Below are positions 37,034 through 50,079 of a stretch of 64,000 nt of DNA, piece after piece; position 1 is the first letter of the stretch, and each line of letters begins with the position of its first letter. The position numbers and the translations under genes were made by a program. The DNA is from Leucoraja ocellata (lineage: Eukaryota), in contig JAWMAR010000311.1 in NCBI GenBank assembly GCA_036785375.1, positions 1 to 64,000 of the forward strand, given 5' to 3'. The notes under the pieces were generated by a model. It ran no database searches. It was given only the letters and a program-made list of their open reading frames with translations, and was not told the origin of the DNA.

Positions 37034-38439
37034 AAGGTATCTCCAGTACCTGTTTCTGCAAAAGCATATTAAGGTCTAACATACAGAGAGTGTTTTACAA
37101 TGTGGGCACAGGGACTTTGAGTTGTGGGTTCCATGTCCTGTCTTGTACATTTTCAGCTAAACGTGAGTTAAAATGTTCGAGTCAGCTTTGCACCACCATT
37201 AGCAGTGGTTGGAGGCTGTGTACTCATCTGTGAACATAAGATGTGCCAACTTTGCCAGTGGAATGAATTCTTCATGGCAGCATCTTAAAAACAAATATAA
37301 ACATTGACAGAAGCTCCCGAGGTTACCGGCTTGATACAAAAATATATACGTGATGAATATTCAGTTATGCTTCATCTAATTCAAAAAGGGGCGGCACAGT
37401 GGCACAGCCTTACAGGGCCAGAGACGTTGAGATCAACATGTTGAGATTGACAGATCCTTGGTTAGTACGTGTGTCGGAGGTTATGGGAAGAAGGCAGGAG
37501 AATGGGGTTGAGCGGGAAAGATAGATCAGCCTTGATTAAATGGAGGAGTGGACATCATGGGCTGAATGGCCTAATTTTGCTCCTATAACTTGTTAAAATA
37601 TGAGACTCGGGTTTGATCCTGACACGGAGTTTGTACATTTTCTCCAATATCATGTGATTTCCTTCGGGTGCTCCGGTTTCCTCCCAAATTTGTAGGTTAA
37701 TTGGCTTTGGTAAATTGTCTCTAGTGTGTAGGATAGAACTAGTGCATGGGTGACTGCTGGTCGGCATGGACCCGGTGGGCCGAAGGGCCCATTTCCCCGC
37801 TGTATCTCTAAATTAAGCTGCCTGTCCCGTTGAGTTACTCCAGCATTTTGTGTCTTAACAAAGCTACCCATTTTTTCCTGAAATTAAGAGAATTTATGAT
37901 CAGGATCAAAATGAAACAGAAATGCAGGAAATAGCTATAGGTTCTGTTGGCATCTAAAGAGATACAACAGGTTTGTGCTTTGTGTTATTATTTTTGAAAC
38001 GAGTACTATTGTTAACCTATTGAGTACTGTGTTTACAAACCGTGATGCTGTTGCTGCAAGTAAGAATTTCATTGCTCCGTTACAAGACACATGACAATAA
38101 AACACTCTTCTCTTGACTTGAAATATCAGGTACATTTAAAAATCATTTTAGGGGGCTGTGTCTTTCCTGCATTCTCAGCTTTTGCAGTGCTACATTTTGT
38201 TGGTAAAGCATTGCGGGATGTTTTGTCACATTACAGGTGCTACATAAATGCAAATTACCGTTGTTGCTGCTTCCACCTTCAGAGGCATTGCCTGCCTTTT
38301 CTAGATTGTAGAAACAAATTCTACAAACACTGCATATTATCCAGAAAACCCGTGGTTATTAAATAGCAGATGATAGTTACCACAAATTCTGATAAAGCTG
38401 ATAATAGAAGTAGACAGTGATACATCTAGAAAACTGTTT

Positions 38440-38928
38440 ATTTTATTTTATTGTCACATGTACTGAGGCACAGTGAAAAGCTTTTGTTGTGTGCTATCCA
38501 GTTAGTGGAAAAACAATATATGATTATAATCTAGCTGGCCACAGTGTATCAACACAGAATAATGGGAATAATGCTCAGTGCAAGATGAAGTCCGATTAAA
38601 GATAGTCCGATGGTCTCCAATGAGGTGGATGGGAGGTCAGGACCACTCGCTATTTGTTGATAGGATAGTTTAGTCGCATGATAACAGCTGGGAAGAAACT
38701 GTCCCTGAATCTGGAGGTGTGTATTTTCACACTTCATGACCTCTTTCCTGATGGGAGAGGGGAGAAGAGGGAGTGACCAGACTTGATAATGCTGGTGGCC
38801 TTGTTGAGGCAGTGTAAAGTGTAAATGGAGTCAAGGGAAGGGAGGTTGGTTCGTGCGATGGTCTGGACTGCATCCACAATTCTTTGCAATTTCTTGCGGT
38901 CTCGGATAGAGCTGCTCCCAAACCGTGC
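38440..38928 (-). mobile_element. Rex1/Babar-like LINE 3' fragment
   Basis: ARFGSSSIRDRKKLQRIVDAVQTIARTNLPSLDSIYTLHCLNKATSIIK..HSLFSPLPSGKR. Confidence 0.9.
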
Positions 38929-39867
38929 TGGAAAGGGGTCTGAAGAAGGGTTTCGACCTGAAATGTCACCCGTTCCTTCTGTCCAGAGATGCTGCATGTC
39001 CTGCTGAGTTACTCCAGATTTTTGTGTCTATCTCTATACATGGAATATCTGTAAAAAGCAGCATTGATGGTCAAATAATTAGTTTAATAGCGTGGTTAAC
39101 AAAATTACGCTTTTCTAAAAAGAACTGAAAGTCAAAGGTTTGCAGTGACAGGGAGTGGAAATGAGAGACCAATGTGAGAAGCCAGCTTTCAGTTCAGACC
39201 TCTGACAGTCGATGTACCTAGAATACAGGACATCGAACAGTACAACACTGGAACATGTCCACCAGCCCACAATGTCATGCCAAGTTAAACTAGCCTCCTC
39301 TGCCTGCACGTGATCCATATCCCTCCATTCCCTGCATATCTGTGTGCATATCGAAAAGCCTCTTCAAACCCACTGTGGTATCTGACTCCACCACCACTCA
39401 TGGCAGCACGTTCCAGTGAGTCACCGCTCTCTGTGTGTACATCTGCTTTACACTTTTGTGGAGAATTAGAAGGTCTTGAAAATATTCACCAAAACCTTTT
39501 GATGCCGATGCTAAGCTTACAGAAAGGGATTGCAAGCTGTCTTTTATTCATCTAACGTCGCCTTTTCCTGTGTGAAACATTAGTCTTTTGGTGCAATTAT
39601 GTGTCAGGACGGTTCAAAGAGACAAGTATGAGTGTGTCCCCGTACAATTATTAATAGATTATATTGACTGGAATGCAGTTTCAGGCAGTGATCCCATAGC
39701 ATCACCAGAAATAACCATTCCATTAATAATCTTTCTGCAGTGCATTAATTTCAGGTAATATTTGCCTGTTTAAGCCATTCTTCAAATAACCTATTAAACG
39801 GGCCCCTGTGTGTTCGTTTGACTGGAAGTGATAGAGTCCATGGAGTCACTTGAAGCAATTCAGCCAG

Positions 39868-40165
39868 GGGCAGCACAGTAGCACGGTGGTAGAGTTGCTG
39901 CCACACAGCGCTAGAAGACCCGCGATCAATCCTGACTATAGGTGCTGCCTGTACGGAGTTTGTACGTTCTCCCTGTGATCATGTGGGTTTTCTACGGGTG
40001 CTCCGGTTTCCTCCCACACTCCAAAGACGTAAAGGTTTGTAGGTAAATTGGCTTCTGTAAATTGTAAATTGTCCTTAGCGTGTAGGATAGTGCTAGTACA
40101 TGGGTTGATCGAAGGTCTCCGCAGACGTGGCGGGTCTGTTTCTGCGCCGTATCTCTAAAGCCTAA
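39868..40165 (+). mobile_element. HE1/V-type SINE
   Basis: Full-length head, core and tail. Confidence 0.85.
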
Positions 40166-40559
40166 ATTCTCACAGTGGCCTCTTCTGGTGCCTTAAGAAG
40201 TAGCTGTGTAAGAGAAACAGATTAAGGTGTTGATCTGTACAATATGCTCTTTAGAGTAAAGTCTTCTTTACACCCCGGCACATCGAACTCCCTGGGAGAT
40301 CTACCCCATGACTTTACACCACCACTTTGCTTCTCACTTTAAACCTATGTCCTCTGGTTCTTGATTGCCCTACTCTGGGTAAAAGATTGTGATTTCCTTC
40401 TCTCTGTTCCCAGATGGTAGTTCTCTGCCTCAAGAATGGTTTTAAGTGCATTATTTTCACTTGTCGCTCATCACACCACTGCTAGAGGAATCTTGCCACA
40501 AGCAAAACGTTGCTACCTCCACTCACACAGTAATGACGGGTAGAGTTCTTTGACAGAGT

Positions 40560-41322
40560 CATTGTGTCATAGAGCCACAGTCAGGCAACATGGAAACAGG
40601 CCGTTCGGCCCAACATGCCCATGCCGACCAAGATGTCCAATCAACATCAGTTCCAACTGCCTGTGTTTGGTTCATATACTTCTAAACCTTGTTAGACACA
40701 AAATGCTGGAGTAACTCATCAGTCTGAAGAAGGGTCTCGACCCGAAATGTCACCCATTATTTCTATCCAGAGATGCTGCCTGGCCCACTGAGTGTTACTC
40801 CAGCATTTTGTGTCTATCTTCGGTTTAAACCAGCATCTGCAGTTCCTTCCTACATATTCCTTCAAACCTTTCCTGTCCATGTACCTGTCCAAATGCCTTT
40901 TAAGTGTTGTGATAGTACCTGCCTCAACTACCTCTTGCTTGGAGTGCAGGAGGATGAGGGGTGATCTTATAGAGGTGTAAAAGACCATGAGGGGAATAGA
41001 TAGGGTAAATGCACAGTCTTTTACCCAGAGTAGGGCAATCAAGAACCAGAGGACATAGGGTTAAAGTGAGAAGCAAAAGATGTAAAAGAACCTAAGGGAC
41101 AGCTTTTTCACACAGAACGTAGTGGATATATCGAATGAGCTGCCAGAGGGAGTAGTTGAGGCTGGTACTATCATAACATTTAAAAGACATTTGGGTAGGT
41201 AGATGGAAAGATTTAAAAGAATATGGACCAAGCACAGATAGGTGGGACTAGTGTTATTGGGGGAATCTTGGTCGGCATGGGTATTTTGGGTTGAAGGGCC
41301 TGTTTCCATACTGTATGACTCT
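40560..41322. mobile_element. Composite: minus-strand CR1 tail split by a fold-back Penelope repeat (40692-40855), then plus-strand CR1 3' fragment (40936-41322)
   Basis: Hammerhead core ctgaagaagggtctcgacccgaaatgtc at 40724-40751; ECRRMRGDLIEV at ~40940. Confidence 0.8.
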
Positions 41323-41958
41323 ATCACTGGCAGCCATATTGCCAAGGCCCTAAACTCTGGAATTCCCTCCATTAACATCATAGTCTCTTCACTTTACTTT
41401 CTTCCTTTAAGACGTATTGGTATTGGTTTATTGTAGTCACGTGTACCAACACACTGTGAAAAACCTTATCTTGTGTGTTAAGTACAATCAAACCATACAC
41501 AGGTACAACTGGTCATTCAAAGAGAAAGGAAACAGAGTGCAGAATAACGTGTCGCAGGTACAGAGAAACTGCAGATGAAAAAAAGTGCAATGGCTGCAAC
41601 AGGGTAGATTGGGGGATCGAGTATTTATCCTTAGGTTATGAGATCAGTTCAATAATCCTGAATCTGGTGGTCTGTGCCTTCAAGCTTTTGTATCTTCTGT
41701 CAAACAGGATAGGGGACGTGAGAGTAATTGTGTGTGAGAAGTCTTTGCTTCTGCTGGCTGAGCAACATGGAGGCTGCTTGGGTGATTAACAGGGCTGCAT
41801 CCATAACTGTAATTTTATTTGCGATCTTGGGCAGAGCAGATGCCTTACCAATTCTTAGTTGATGCATCCCGATAGGATGCTTTCTGCAGAAATTGGTCAG
41901 TCATTGGAGACATTGCAGAATTTCCTTTATCTTCTGAGGAAATAAAGGCAATTGACCC

Positions 41959-42313
41959 AGGTCCTCCATGGCCACAGCGAGCAGCACCGGAAATTGGAGG
42001 AACAGCACCTCATATTCCGTTTGGGGAGTCTGCACCCCGGGGGCATGAACATCGAATTCTCCCAATTTTGTTAGTCCTTGCTGTCTCCTCCCCTTCCTCA
42101 GCCCCCCTGCTGTCTCCTCCCATCCCCCCCCCACTCCTCCTTTTCCCTTTCTTGTCCCCACCCACCCCCGCCCCCGACCAGTCTGAAGAAGGGTTTCGGC
42201 CCGAAACGTTGCCTATTTCCTTCGCTCCATAGATGCTGCTGCACCCGCTGAGTTTCTCCAGCTTTTTTGTGTAACCTTCGATTCTCCAGCATCTGCAGTT
42301 CCCTCTTAAACAC
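41959..42313 (+). mobile_element. Well-preserved Penelope-like 3' end (ORF C-terminus, UTR, hammerhead terminal repeat)
   Basis: LHGHSEQHRKLEEQHLIFRLGSLHPGGMNIEFSQFC* (stop 42072-42074); CpGs intact. Confidence 0.9.
42180..42213 (+). ncRNA. Minimal type I hammerhead ribozyme motif (best copy)
   Basis: CUGAAGA-A-GGGU(UUCG)GCCC-GAAA-CG-UU: conserved core, helix II with UUCG loop, palindromic ACGU helix III; helix I only ~2 bp, so activity is unproven. Confidence 0.65.
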
Positions 42314-43412
42314 AGGTTTTTTTGCCACTGGTCCTAATATTTCCTACTGTGACTTGGTGTCAAATTTCATTTGGTGATGGTCTTGCAAACCATCATGGAG
42401 TATTTTACTGTTAAAGACGGCTATTGAAATGCATGTTGTTGCTATTGTTCTTCGGGTGACTTAAGTGAATCACAGGAGGGAAAAAACTGGATCGGCTCAT
42501 TTATAAGAAGGAATAAGAGAAACATTATGAGGCATCAAGCCTGAGGCATGGTAGATTTCTGTGACAAAAACCCAAACACATTTCCATTTATCTCAAACTC
42601 TAAACTGCACATTATCTCTGCGTTCCTTGCAGGTTTTATCATGTGTTTTGTAAGAATTTTGCTGTTCCATTCATGCATATGGCAATTAAACACTCTTAAC
42701 TATTATTTGAGTTCTGTTAGAATCAATACATGAACATTCCTGTATCTTTACAGCCATGTGGTCCCAGAATCATAGAGTCATGCAGCATGGAAACAGGCCG
42801 CTTGGCCCCACTTGCCCACACTGATCAACATGCCCCATCTGCACTAGTCCCCATCCACCTACCTGCATTTGGTTAAAAACCCTCGAAACTTGGCCTATCT
42901 GTTTACCTGTCAAAATGTTTTTTAAACATTGTGATAGCACCTGCCTCAACTATCTCCTCCGGTAGCTCGTTCGGTACACCCACCAACCATCCTCTGTGTG
43001 AAATGGATGTGAAAAAATCTTCACTAGGGATTTAGGACCTTTAATGTGACGCAGTAATAGAGTTGCTGCCTTACAGCAGCAGAGACCCTGGTTCAATCGT
43101 GACATGTCTGTACGGAGTTTGTCCATTTTCTCCGGGTGCTCTGGTTTCCGTCGGAATTCCAAAGTCATACGGGTTTGTAGGGTAATTGACTTCACAAGAT
43201 ACAGTGTGGAAGCAGGCCTGTACCTCTGCACCACCGTGCTGCATCTCTGAACTCAAAACTAATTCAGCCACTAACTAATTGAACAATGGAATGAGCTTGA
43301 GAGACTGAATGGCCCACTTCTTGTAAATCTGTATTGGAACATTTGTGTAAATGAAACATATAATATAACTTGTTACATACAGCTGAGGCCATGCCAAGGC
43401 ACAGCTAATATC

Positions 43413-43593
43413 ACATTGTTTAAGAACGAACTGCAGATGCTGGAAAATCGAAGGTAGACAAAAATGCTGGAGAAACTCAGCGGGTGAGGCAGCATCTATG
43501 GAGCGAAGAAGGGTTTCGGCCTGAAACGTTTGCCTATTTCCTTCGCTCCATAGATGCTGCCTCACCCGCTGAGTTTCTCCAGCATCTTTGTCT
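43413..43593. mobile_element. Fold-back Penelope terminal-repeat insertion with 12-bp TSD
   Basis: acagctaatatc at 43401-43412 and 43594-43605; ~55-bp near-perfect arms 43454-43508 / 43541-43595. Confidence 0.9.
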
Positions 43594-44065
43594 ACAGCTA
43601 ATATCTCAGGGCTTACTTGATGGTGGCCTTTTAATCTATTTTATAAAATGTGTAAATCTTCTGTGATCCAAATTAATTATGCTTGGGCAGTTGCCACAAC
43701 TGTCCATTGAATTTTCCTCAACTTACCTCCCTCTGGCTAATATTTGATCTGGATGCTTCCTTTTCTATCAGTTCTCTGCAGGCTGGATTTTGTTCCTGCA
43801 CATTTTCAGCGAGTCTGGTGGATTAAGGTGGGATTAACTCTCACGTTAAGAACTACCACTAAGACTTCCTCTCTGTTAACGCTGTTCCCTTTTACTAAAA
43901 GAACACAATTTCATGACTGTAAAGAACAAACACTGTCTCGCTGAGTTCCTCCAGCATTTTGTGTTTGGTTCCTCGAACATAAAAGAGGTATCATGAATCG
44001 AGGAGCACGAAGGAGATGAAGTGGATGAGAAGCAAGGATGGAAGGATCGATTGCGGGAAAAGTTA

Positions 44066-44410
44066 CTGGATGTGGATTTGGAGAGGATGTTTCCAGTAAC
44101 GGGAGAGTCTAGGACCAGAGGGCACAGCCTCAGAATAAAAGTACACACTTCTAACATGGAGATGAGGAGCAATTTCTTGAACCAGAGGGTGATAAATCTG
44201 TGGAATTCATTGCCACAGATGGCTGTGGAGGCCAAGTCATTGGGCATTTTAAATGCGGCGGTTGATAGGTTCTTGATTAGTGAGGCATTAAAGGTTACGG
44301 GGAGAAGGCAGGAGAATGGGGTTGAGGGGGAAAAATAGATCAGCCATGATTGAATGGTGGAGCAGACTGGATGGGCTAAGTGGTCTAATTCTGCTCCTAT
44401 GTCCTATGAT
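44066..44410 (+). mobile_element. CR1 LINE 3' fragment
   Basis: [24 protein letters not shown]...QRVINLWNSLPQ. Confidence 0.9.
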
Positions 44411-45144
44411 CTTATGGAGAAAAGCTATGTTTAATGATATCGTGAACAGTGTCTGCCACTTCAATGTTAACAGTGAGCTCATAATATCAATGGAAAAATA
44501 GACCATCTGGAACAGGAACATCAATGTTGGTGAGAGGACAGGGATTGTGATTCACTGCAAACATCCTATTGTACAGCAATTATTTCCAATTACCTCAAGG
44601 CTATTAAAAGAGTGGAGGAAGAAGAAACTGCAGCAACTTCTCCCAATAAAGTAGGGCAGTTGATCTGAAAATGTTCAGTGGGTGGGGCCGTTGATATTGT
44701 AATAAATTCAGTATTCAAAATCTATCTCGAGTCACCTACGACAGTGCAATCGACAAGCACGATCGACAAGGAAATCGCCCAAATTCCTGCCTCTGGCTTC
44801 AAAATCCACAACTATTCAAATGTGTCTCACACCTTCCTTTCTTGTATCTGGCTTTTTTTCCAGCCATCTGCCCAATCACCACCCCCATGTTGACCTATCT
44901 ACTGGTCATCTAAGTCGACCTATTACCTGCTGTGCCTTGTCCTGTCTCTCCCCTCTTCCAGCTTTCTTCTCTCCCGTTACAATGAGTCTGGAGAAAGGTC
45001 TCAGCCCCTTTTGTCACTTGTCCATGTTGTCCAGGGATGCTGCCTGACCTGCTGAGTTACTCCAGCACTTTGTGTCCCTTTCTCCATTCTTGTTTCATGT
45101 TCATGCTGTAAAGATTGGAGAGGGGAGGGGGCAAAGCTTGCCTT

Positions 45145-45398
45145 TGGACCAGCGATCCATGCACTTTAGCACTATCCTACGCACACCAGGAACAACATTC
45201 AATTTTACCAAGCCAATTAACCTACAAACCTATACGTCTTTGGAGTGTGGGAGGAAACCAGAGCACCTGGAGAAAATCCACGCCCGGTCACAGGGAGAAC
45301 GTACAAACTCCATTCAGACAGTGCCCATAGTCAGGAACGAACCTGGGTCTCTGGGAATGTAAGGTAGCGACTTTACCGCTGCGTCAATGTGCCGCCCT
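45145..45398 (-). mobile_element. HE1/V-type SINE
   Basis: Shared head and core. Confidence 0.85.
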
Positions 45399-45973
45399 AA
45401 GTATTAGTGTTAGATATATTGGGCGAGTAATGGATATGGAGATGGTGGAGTTTGCAGACCCTGAGTAGTTTGGCCATCTATATCCAGGGAAGTGGAGGGT
45501 AAATTTCAATGCTGCTTTTAACCCTGGTAAAATGAATGAATGACCTATTTGAACGCAGTCACGTAAAGAATGTGGGAAATGTGTGTGTCGATTTTTGTCC
45601 TAGTTCCACTAATAGCAGCTTGGTAATGACCACATCATTATCTTTACTCATTTGTCTATAATTGTTCAATATTACCTCCATTTTCTCTGTTCAACGTAGT
45701 TTTATCTACCCAACCCAATCTTTAGTAACATTGATCATTACTATCTATATATATATCTTTGTGTCTGTCTACTTGTTGAAACAACATAAACTCATCACTG
45801 ATCATCTCTATTGAATTATCCAGTTTCCAATATCACAATCTATCTATATTCTAATTTGTCTGTTTACATCTATATCTAAGACTCAGTGTAACTCTTACTC
45901 TGTTTATTTCCTCACCTCATTGCCTACATTTTCAATCCATTTTTCCTTCTGCCTAATTCAATGTGTTGATGTA

Positions 45974-46218
45974 CAGTGCATTCAGAAAGTATTCAGACCC
46001 CTTCACCTTTCCACACTTTGTTACTTTACAGCCTTATCCTAAAATGGATTAAATTCATTTTTTTAATCATCAATCTACACACAATACCCCATTAATAAAA
46101 AAGCTTTCTATTGTAGATTGATGATTAAAAAAATGAATTTAATGGATTTTAAAATAAGGATGTAACGTAACAAAATGTGGGAAAAGTGAAGTGGTCTGAA
46201 TACTTTCTGAATGCACTG
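45974..46218. mobile_element. Internally deleted Tc1/mariner element (245-bp palindrome)
   Basis: TA at 45972-45973 and 46219-46220; terminal 26 bp cagtgcattcagaaagtattcagacc perfectly inverted; arms ~105 bp. Confidence 0.95.
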
Positions 46219-46703
46219 TATATGTCTATAATGGATTGCTATCTGCCTGGTATAGACTTTCACCATTCTGTGCAGAGAGAAATTCAGGTTAGTATGTGCA
46301 ATTCCCAATGTACCAAGGAAACCTCCCTAATTTCTACCCTGATGTAATATCGATAGATAAACCATCAAACCCTCTTTCAGTTTGTTACAATCCACAAATC
46401 CAGGCTGTGAAAGAATTCTGCAGGCTTTGCTTGATCTATATTTGAAATTGTATTCTGTCTGAAGTAAGTATAAAATCTAAAAAGTAACACATGCACTGGT
46501 GTAACATCACCTCATTTTCAGAACATCTCAACGCTGTCTGCAGTGGCTTTGAAACGTGGTAGTTGTGGTAATCTATGCTCCACAGCGGCCGGTGTTGGTA
46601 GCAATCTGATGATGACCAGATAATCTACTTAACGGAATATGACACAAAGTGCTGAAATAACACAGCTGGTCAAGCAGCATCTCTGGAGAATATCTCCGGA
46701 GGC

Positions 46704-46995
46704 CGGCACGATGGCACAGCAATAGAGTTGCTGCCTTACAGCTCCAGAGACCCGGGTTCGATCCTGACCGTGGGTGCTGTCTGTATGGAGTTTGTATGTT
46801 CTCCCTTTGACCGGGTGTTTTCTCCAGGTGCTCCGGTTTCCTCCCACACTCCAAAGACGCACAAGTTTGTTGGTTAATTTGCTTAGATAAAATTGTAAAT
46901 TGTCCCTAGTGTGTAGGATAGTGTTGGTGTACTGGGTGATTTCTGTTTGGCGCACCGAATGGCCTGTTTCTATGCTGTATCTCGTAGGCTAAAGT
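46704..46995 (+). mobile_element. HE1/V-type SINE
   Basis: ggcacgatggcacagc...cccgggttcgatcc head, core and tail. Confidence 0.85.
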
Positions 46996-48508
46996 AAATT
47001 CAAATTGTTTAATTTACGGGCTATCCCCCAGTGTCTTAGTGAATGAACGAGAGAAATATATCAAGACCTGATATCTAGACTGCTGGTTGATGAAACTATA
47101 AGGATTTATACTCTGCACCTAAATCAGAACATCAAATACCAGGGTTGATTGCTTTCCAATTGAGATACTGTGTGGTCATCTGCCGGGAGATGATGAACTC
47201 TGAGTGCAATTGGGATAATGCAAGTATAGATATCCAAACAAGTGTAGATATCTTAATATTAATTAGTAAGAATATCAAGCGTTATGGGAGGAAAGCAGAA
47301 AATGGGGTTGAGAGGGAAAGGTAGATGAGCCATGATTGAATACGGAGTAAACTCAATGGGCTGAATTGCCTACTTCTGCTCCTTCTACTTATGAACTTGT
47401 AGTCTTCCAAGCATGTATAACGAATGTATAGAGCGGCGTTAACACTATAGTTAAAGTTTATTATGGCAGATAAACCAGGATAGAAGAATGTAGGATTATT
47501 TTATATCTCACTGGTCACACAAGGAGGGATTTTTAACCTTACCATAAATCCCCTGAATGCGAACCTTGAGAATTAGATAATTTTAAATTCATCACATCCT
47601 ACCTCAAAAGGTACTGTTACTAGTTCTTAACACAACCAATAGAAGGGAGGATTCTTTGGTACTTTTTTAAAAAACAAAGCTAAGATTATTAGTAAGAACG
47701 ATAAATTTCCGTTAATCTGCATGCATGGAATTTAATTTAAGATATCAATAATAGCATTTACCATTGAATGGAACTTAGCAGTTATTTATTTAGCCAGAGG
47801 GTGGTGAATCTGTGGAATACATTGCCACAGATGGCAAGACATTGGGCTTTTTAACAGCTGAGATTGATAGGTTCTTAATTAGTACGGGTGTCAATGGTTA
47901 CGGGGAGAAGGCAGGAGCATGGGGTTGAGAGGGAAACATGGATTAGACATGATTGAATGGCAGAGTAAACTCAATGTGCCAAATGGCCTAATTCTGCTTT
48001 TATAGTTTATGGCAAATGCTACTATCAACATAGTAACTAAGCTTAAGAGTTGCATTGGAAACAAGACCCTGGTACGTTTAAAGGGAGCATGGGTTGGAGA
48101 TCCAGATGTGTTTCATTGATTATTTTGATTCAATTCAATCATTGATTATCTGGGCATTCAAGGCCCTGACAGGTTTAAAATGAGTGTAAGAATCATAGTC
48201 CCAATGAGTTAAACAAACCAGCACCCGATGAGCTTGTGCTGAGGTATTGGGATTTCCAATTCGTCAGATAGCAGATTGTCAGATATGTACACAAAATGTT
48301 GGAGTAACTCAGTGGGTCAGGCAGCATCTCTGTATAAATGGAGTAGGTGATGGTTTGGGTAGAGACTCTTCTTCAGACAGATTGTCGGAGTTTTATTGCA
48401 ATGAGATTGTGCCAGATTTGAAGGACTCTATGATCAGGCTATTTGGCAAAATCCATGCCAACTGGAATCTCCTCCCATCATTCTGTTCTAACTGTCCAAT
48501 TATATTTT

Positions 48509-49203
48509 GGGGCGGCACAGTGGTGCAGTGGTAGAGATTCTACCCTTAAGGGCCTGTCCCACTTTCCCGAGCTGCTCACGTATTCTCCTGAGTTTTCCCC
48601 TTGATTCAAACTCGGAGAATGTTCGTAACGGGGCTGTAGTAGGCCGTAGGAGTCCGTAGATATATCGTAGCAGCTCGTTATGTCAGCCGTAGGTACTCGG
48701 GGCATTAAATGTTGCAATTTTTCTCCTCCCGACTATCTTTTTACTCGTGGACATTTTTTGGCACGTTGGAAAAAACGTCCCGACTTACCTGATGCCCCGA
48801 GTACCTACGACTGACATAACGAGCTGCTGCAATATATCTATGGCTTCCTACGGACCCGTTACAAACATTCTCCGAGTTTGAATCAAGGGGAAAACTCTGG
48901 AGAATTCATGAGCAGCTTGGGAAAGTGGGACAGGCCCTTTACAGAGCCAGAGACTCGAGTTCAATCTTGACTATGGGTGCTGTCTGTATGGAGTTTGTAT
49001 GTTCTCCTGTTGACTGTGTGGATTTTCTCTGGATGCTCCAGTTTGCTCCCATATTCCAAAGATGTACAGGTTTGCAGGTTAATTCGCTTTGGTAAAACTT
49101 GTAAATTGTCCCTACTGTGCAGGATAGTGCTAGTGTATGGGTGATTGCTAGTCAGCGTGGACATGGTGGGCCAAGGGTCTGTTCCCACACTGTATCTCTA
49201 AAA
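48509..49203 (+). mobile_element. HE1/V-type SINE split in its tRNA head by a MITE
   Basis: gtagagattctaccc-TTA [MITE] TTA-cagagccagagac. Confidence 0.9.
48549..48938. mobile_element. PIF/Harbinger-type MITE (390 bp) with ~150-bp inverted arms
   Basis: TIR agggcctgtcccactttccc; TTA at 48546-48548 and 48939-48941. Confidence 0.92.
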
Positions 49204-49352
49204 TAAACGATATCTTCCTTGTATAGTCTATCCTGAAATACAGCAATGCTGCCTATATCAATAAATCAAATCTCTTGTATTTTCACATAATTATATGGGG
49301 AAAAGTGAAGTATTCTCGTACACTCTCTAAATTATTTTTGTTTTTCCTACAG

Positions 49353-49444
49353 ATGCATCATGCTGCTTCTTTCTTCTGTCTGGTAGAAAATTCTATGGGG
49401 AGTGGCTAATGAACATAAGAATCCTACAGAAATCTGAACAAAAG
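49353..49444 (+). other. Internal exon (92 nt), probably 5'UTR or first coding exon of the gene starting near 21-22 kb
   Basis: Branch-like ctctaa, long pyrimidine tract ttatttttgtttttcctacag|, donor AAG|GTACTG; unique sequence; ATG at 49409 gives MNIRILQKSEQK open to the donor. Confidence 0.65.
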
Positions 49445-50079
49445 GTACTGTAATTTTCTTTTTGTATTTGCAGTTGCCAAATAAATATATATGGAATTGC
49501 AGAAAGTAGAACTGTTTGTCGTGACAAGTTGTTACAACTCTGACCAGAAATTATTTGTTAAAATGGAATAGATACTTGGGGCAGAATTCACTTTCTAATG
49601 TTAATTGAATGGTGCAGCATGGAAACAGGCCCTTCGGTCCACCAAGTCCATGCCAACCATCGATCACCCGTTCACGCTAGTTCGATGTTATCCCACTTTC
49701 CCATCCATGCCTACTCACTCTGGACAATTTACAGAGGTCAATGGACCAAAAAACCCGCAAGTCTTTTGGATATAAGAGATAAACTATAGTAGACTCAACT
49801 AAATGTTTCAAGGCATTTTGGATTAAAAATGTTTATTTATTTCTGCACTTGCCATAACAATACAATAGAACTTTATTTATCCCAGGAGGGAAATTGATCT
49901 TCCAACAGATGGGAGGGGGGAGGGGGGTGGGTGGGTGGGGGTGGGGGGGGGGGGGGGGGGGGGGCCTTTCCCGTGACAGAAGGAGGAGTTGTACTGTTTG
50001 ATAACCGCAGGGAAGAAGGGTCTCATTCTCCTCCTATATTGCAGGAGTAACGATCTTACTCCTACAATATACCTGAGGT

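Noticed and set aside
45620-45950. TCTA-rich stretch as a structured element
   Set aside because: Looks like a decayed (TCTA)n microsatellite with no defined ends.
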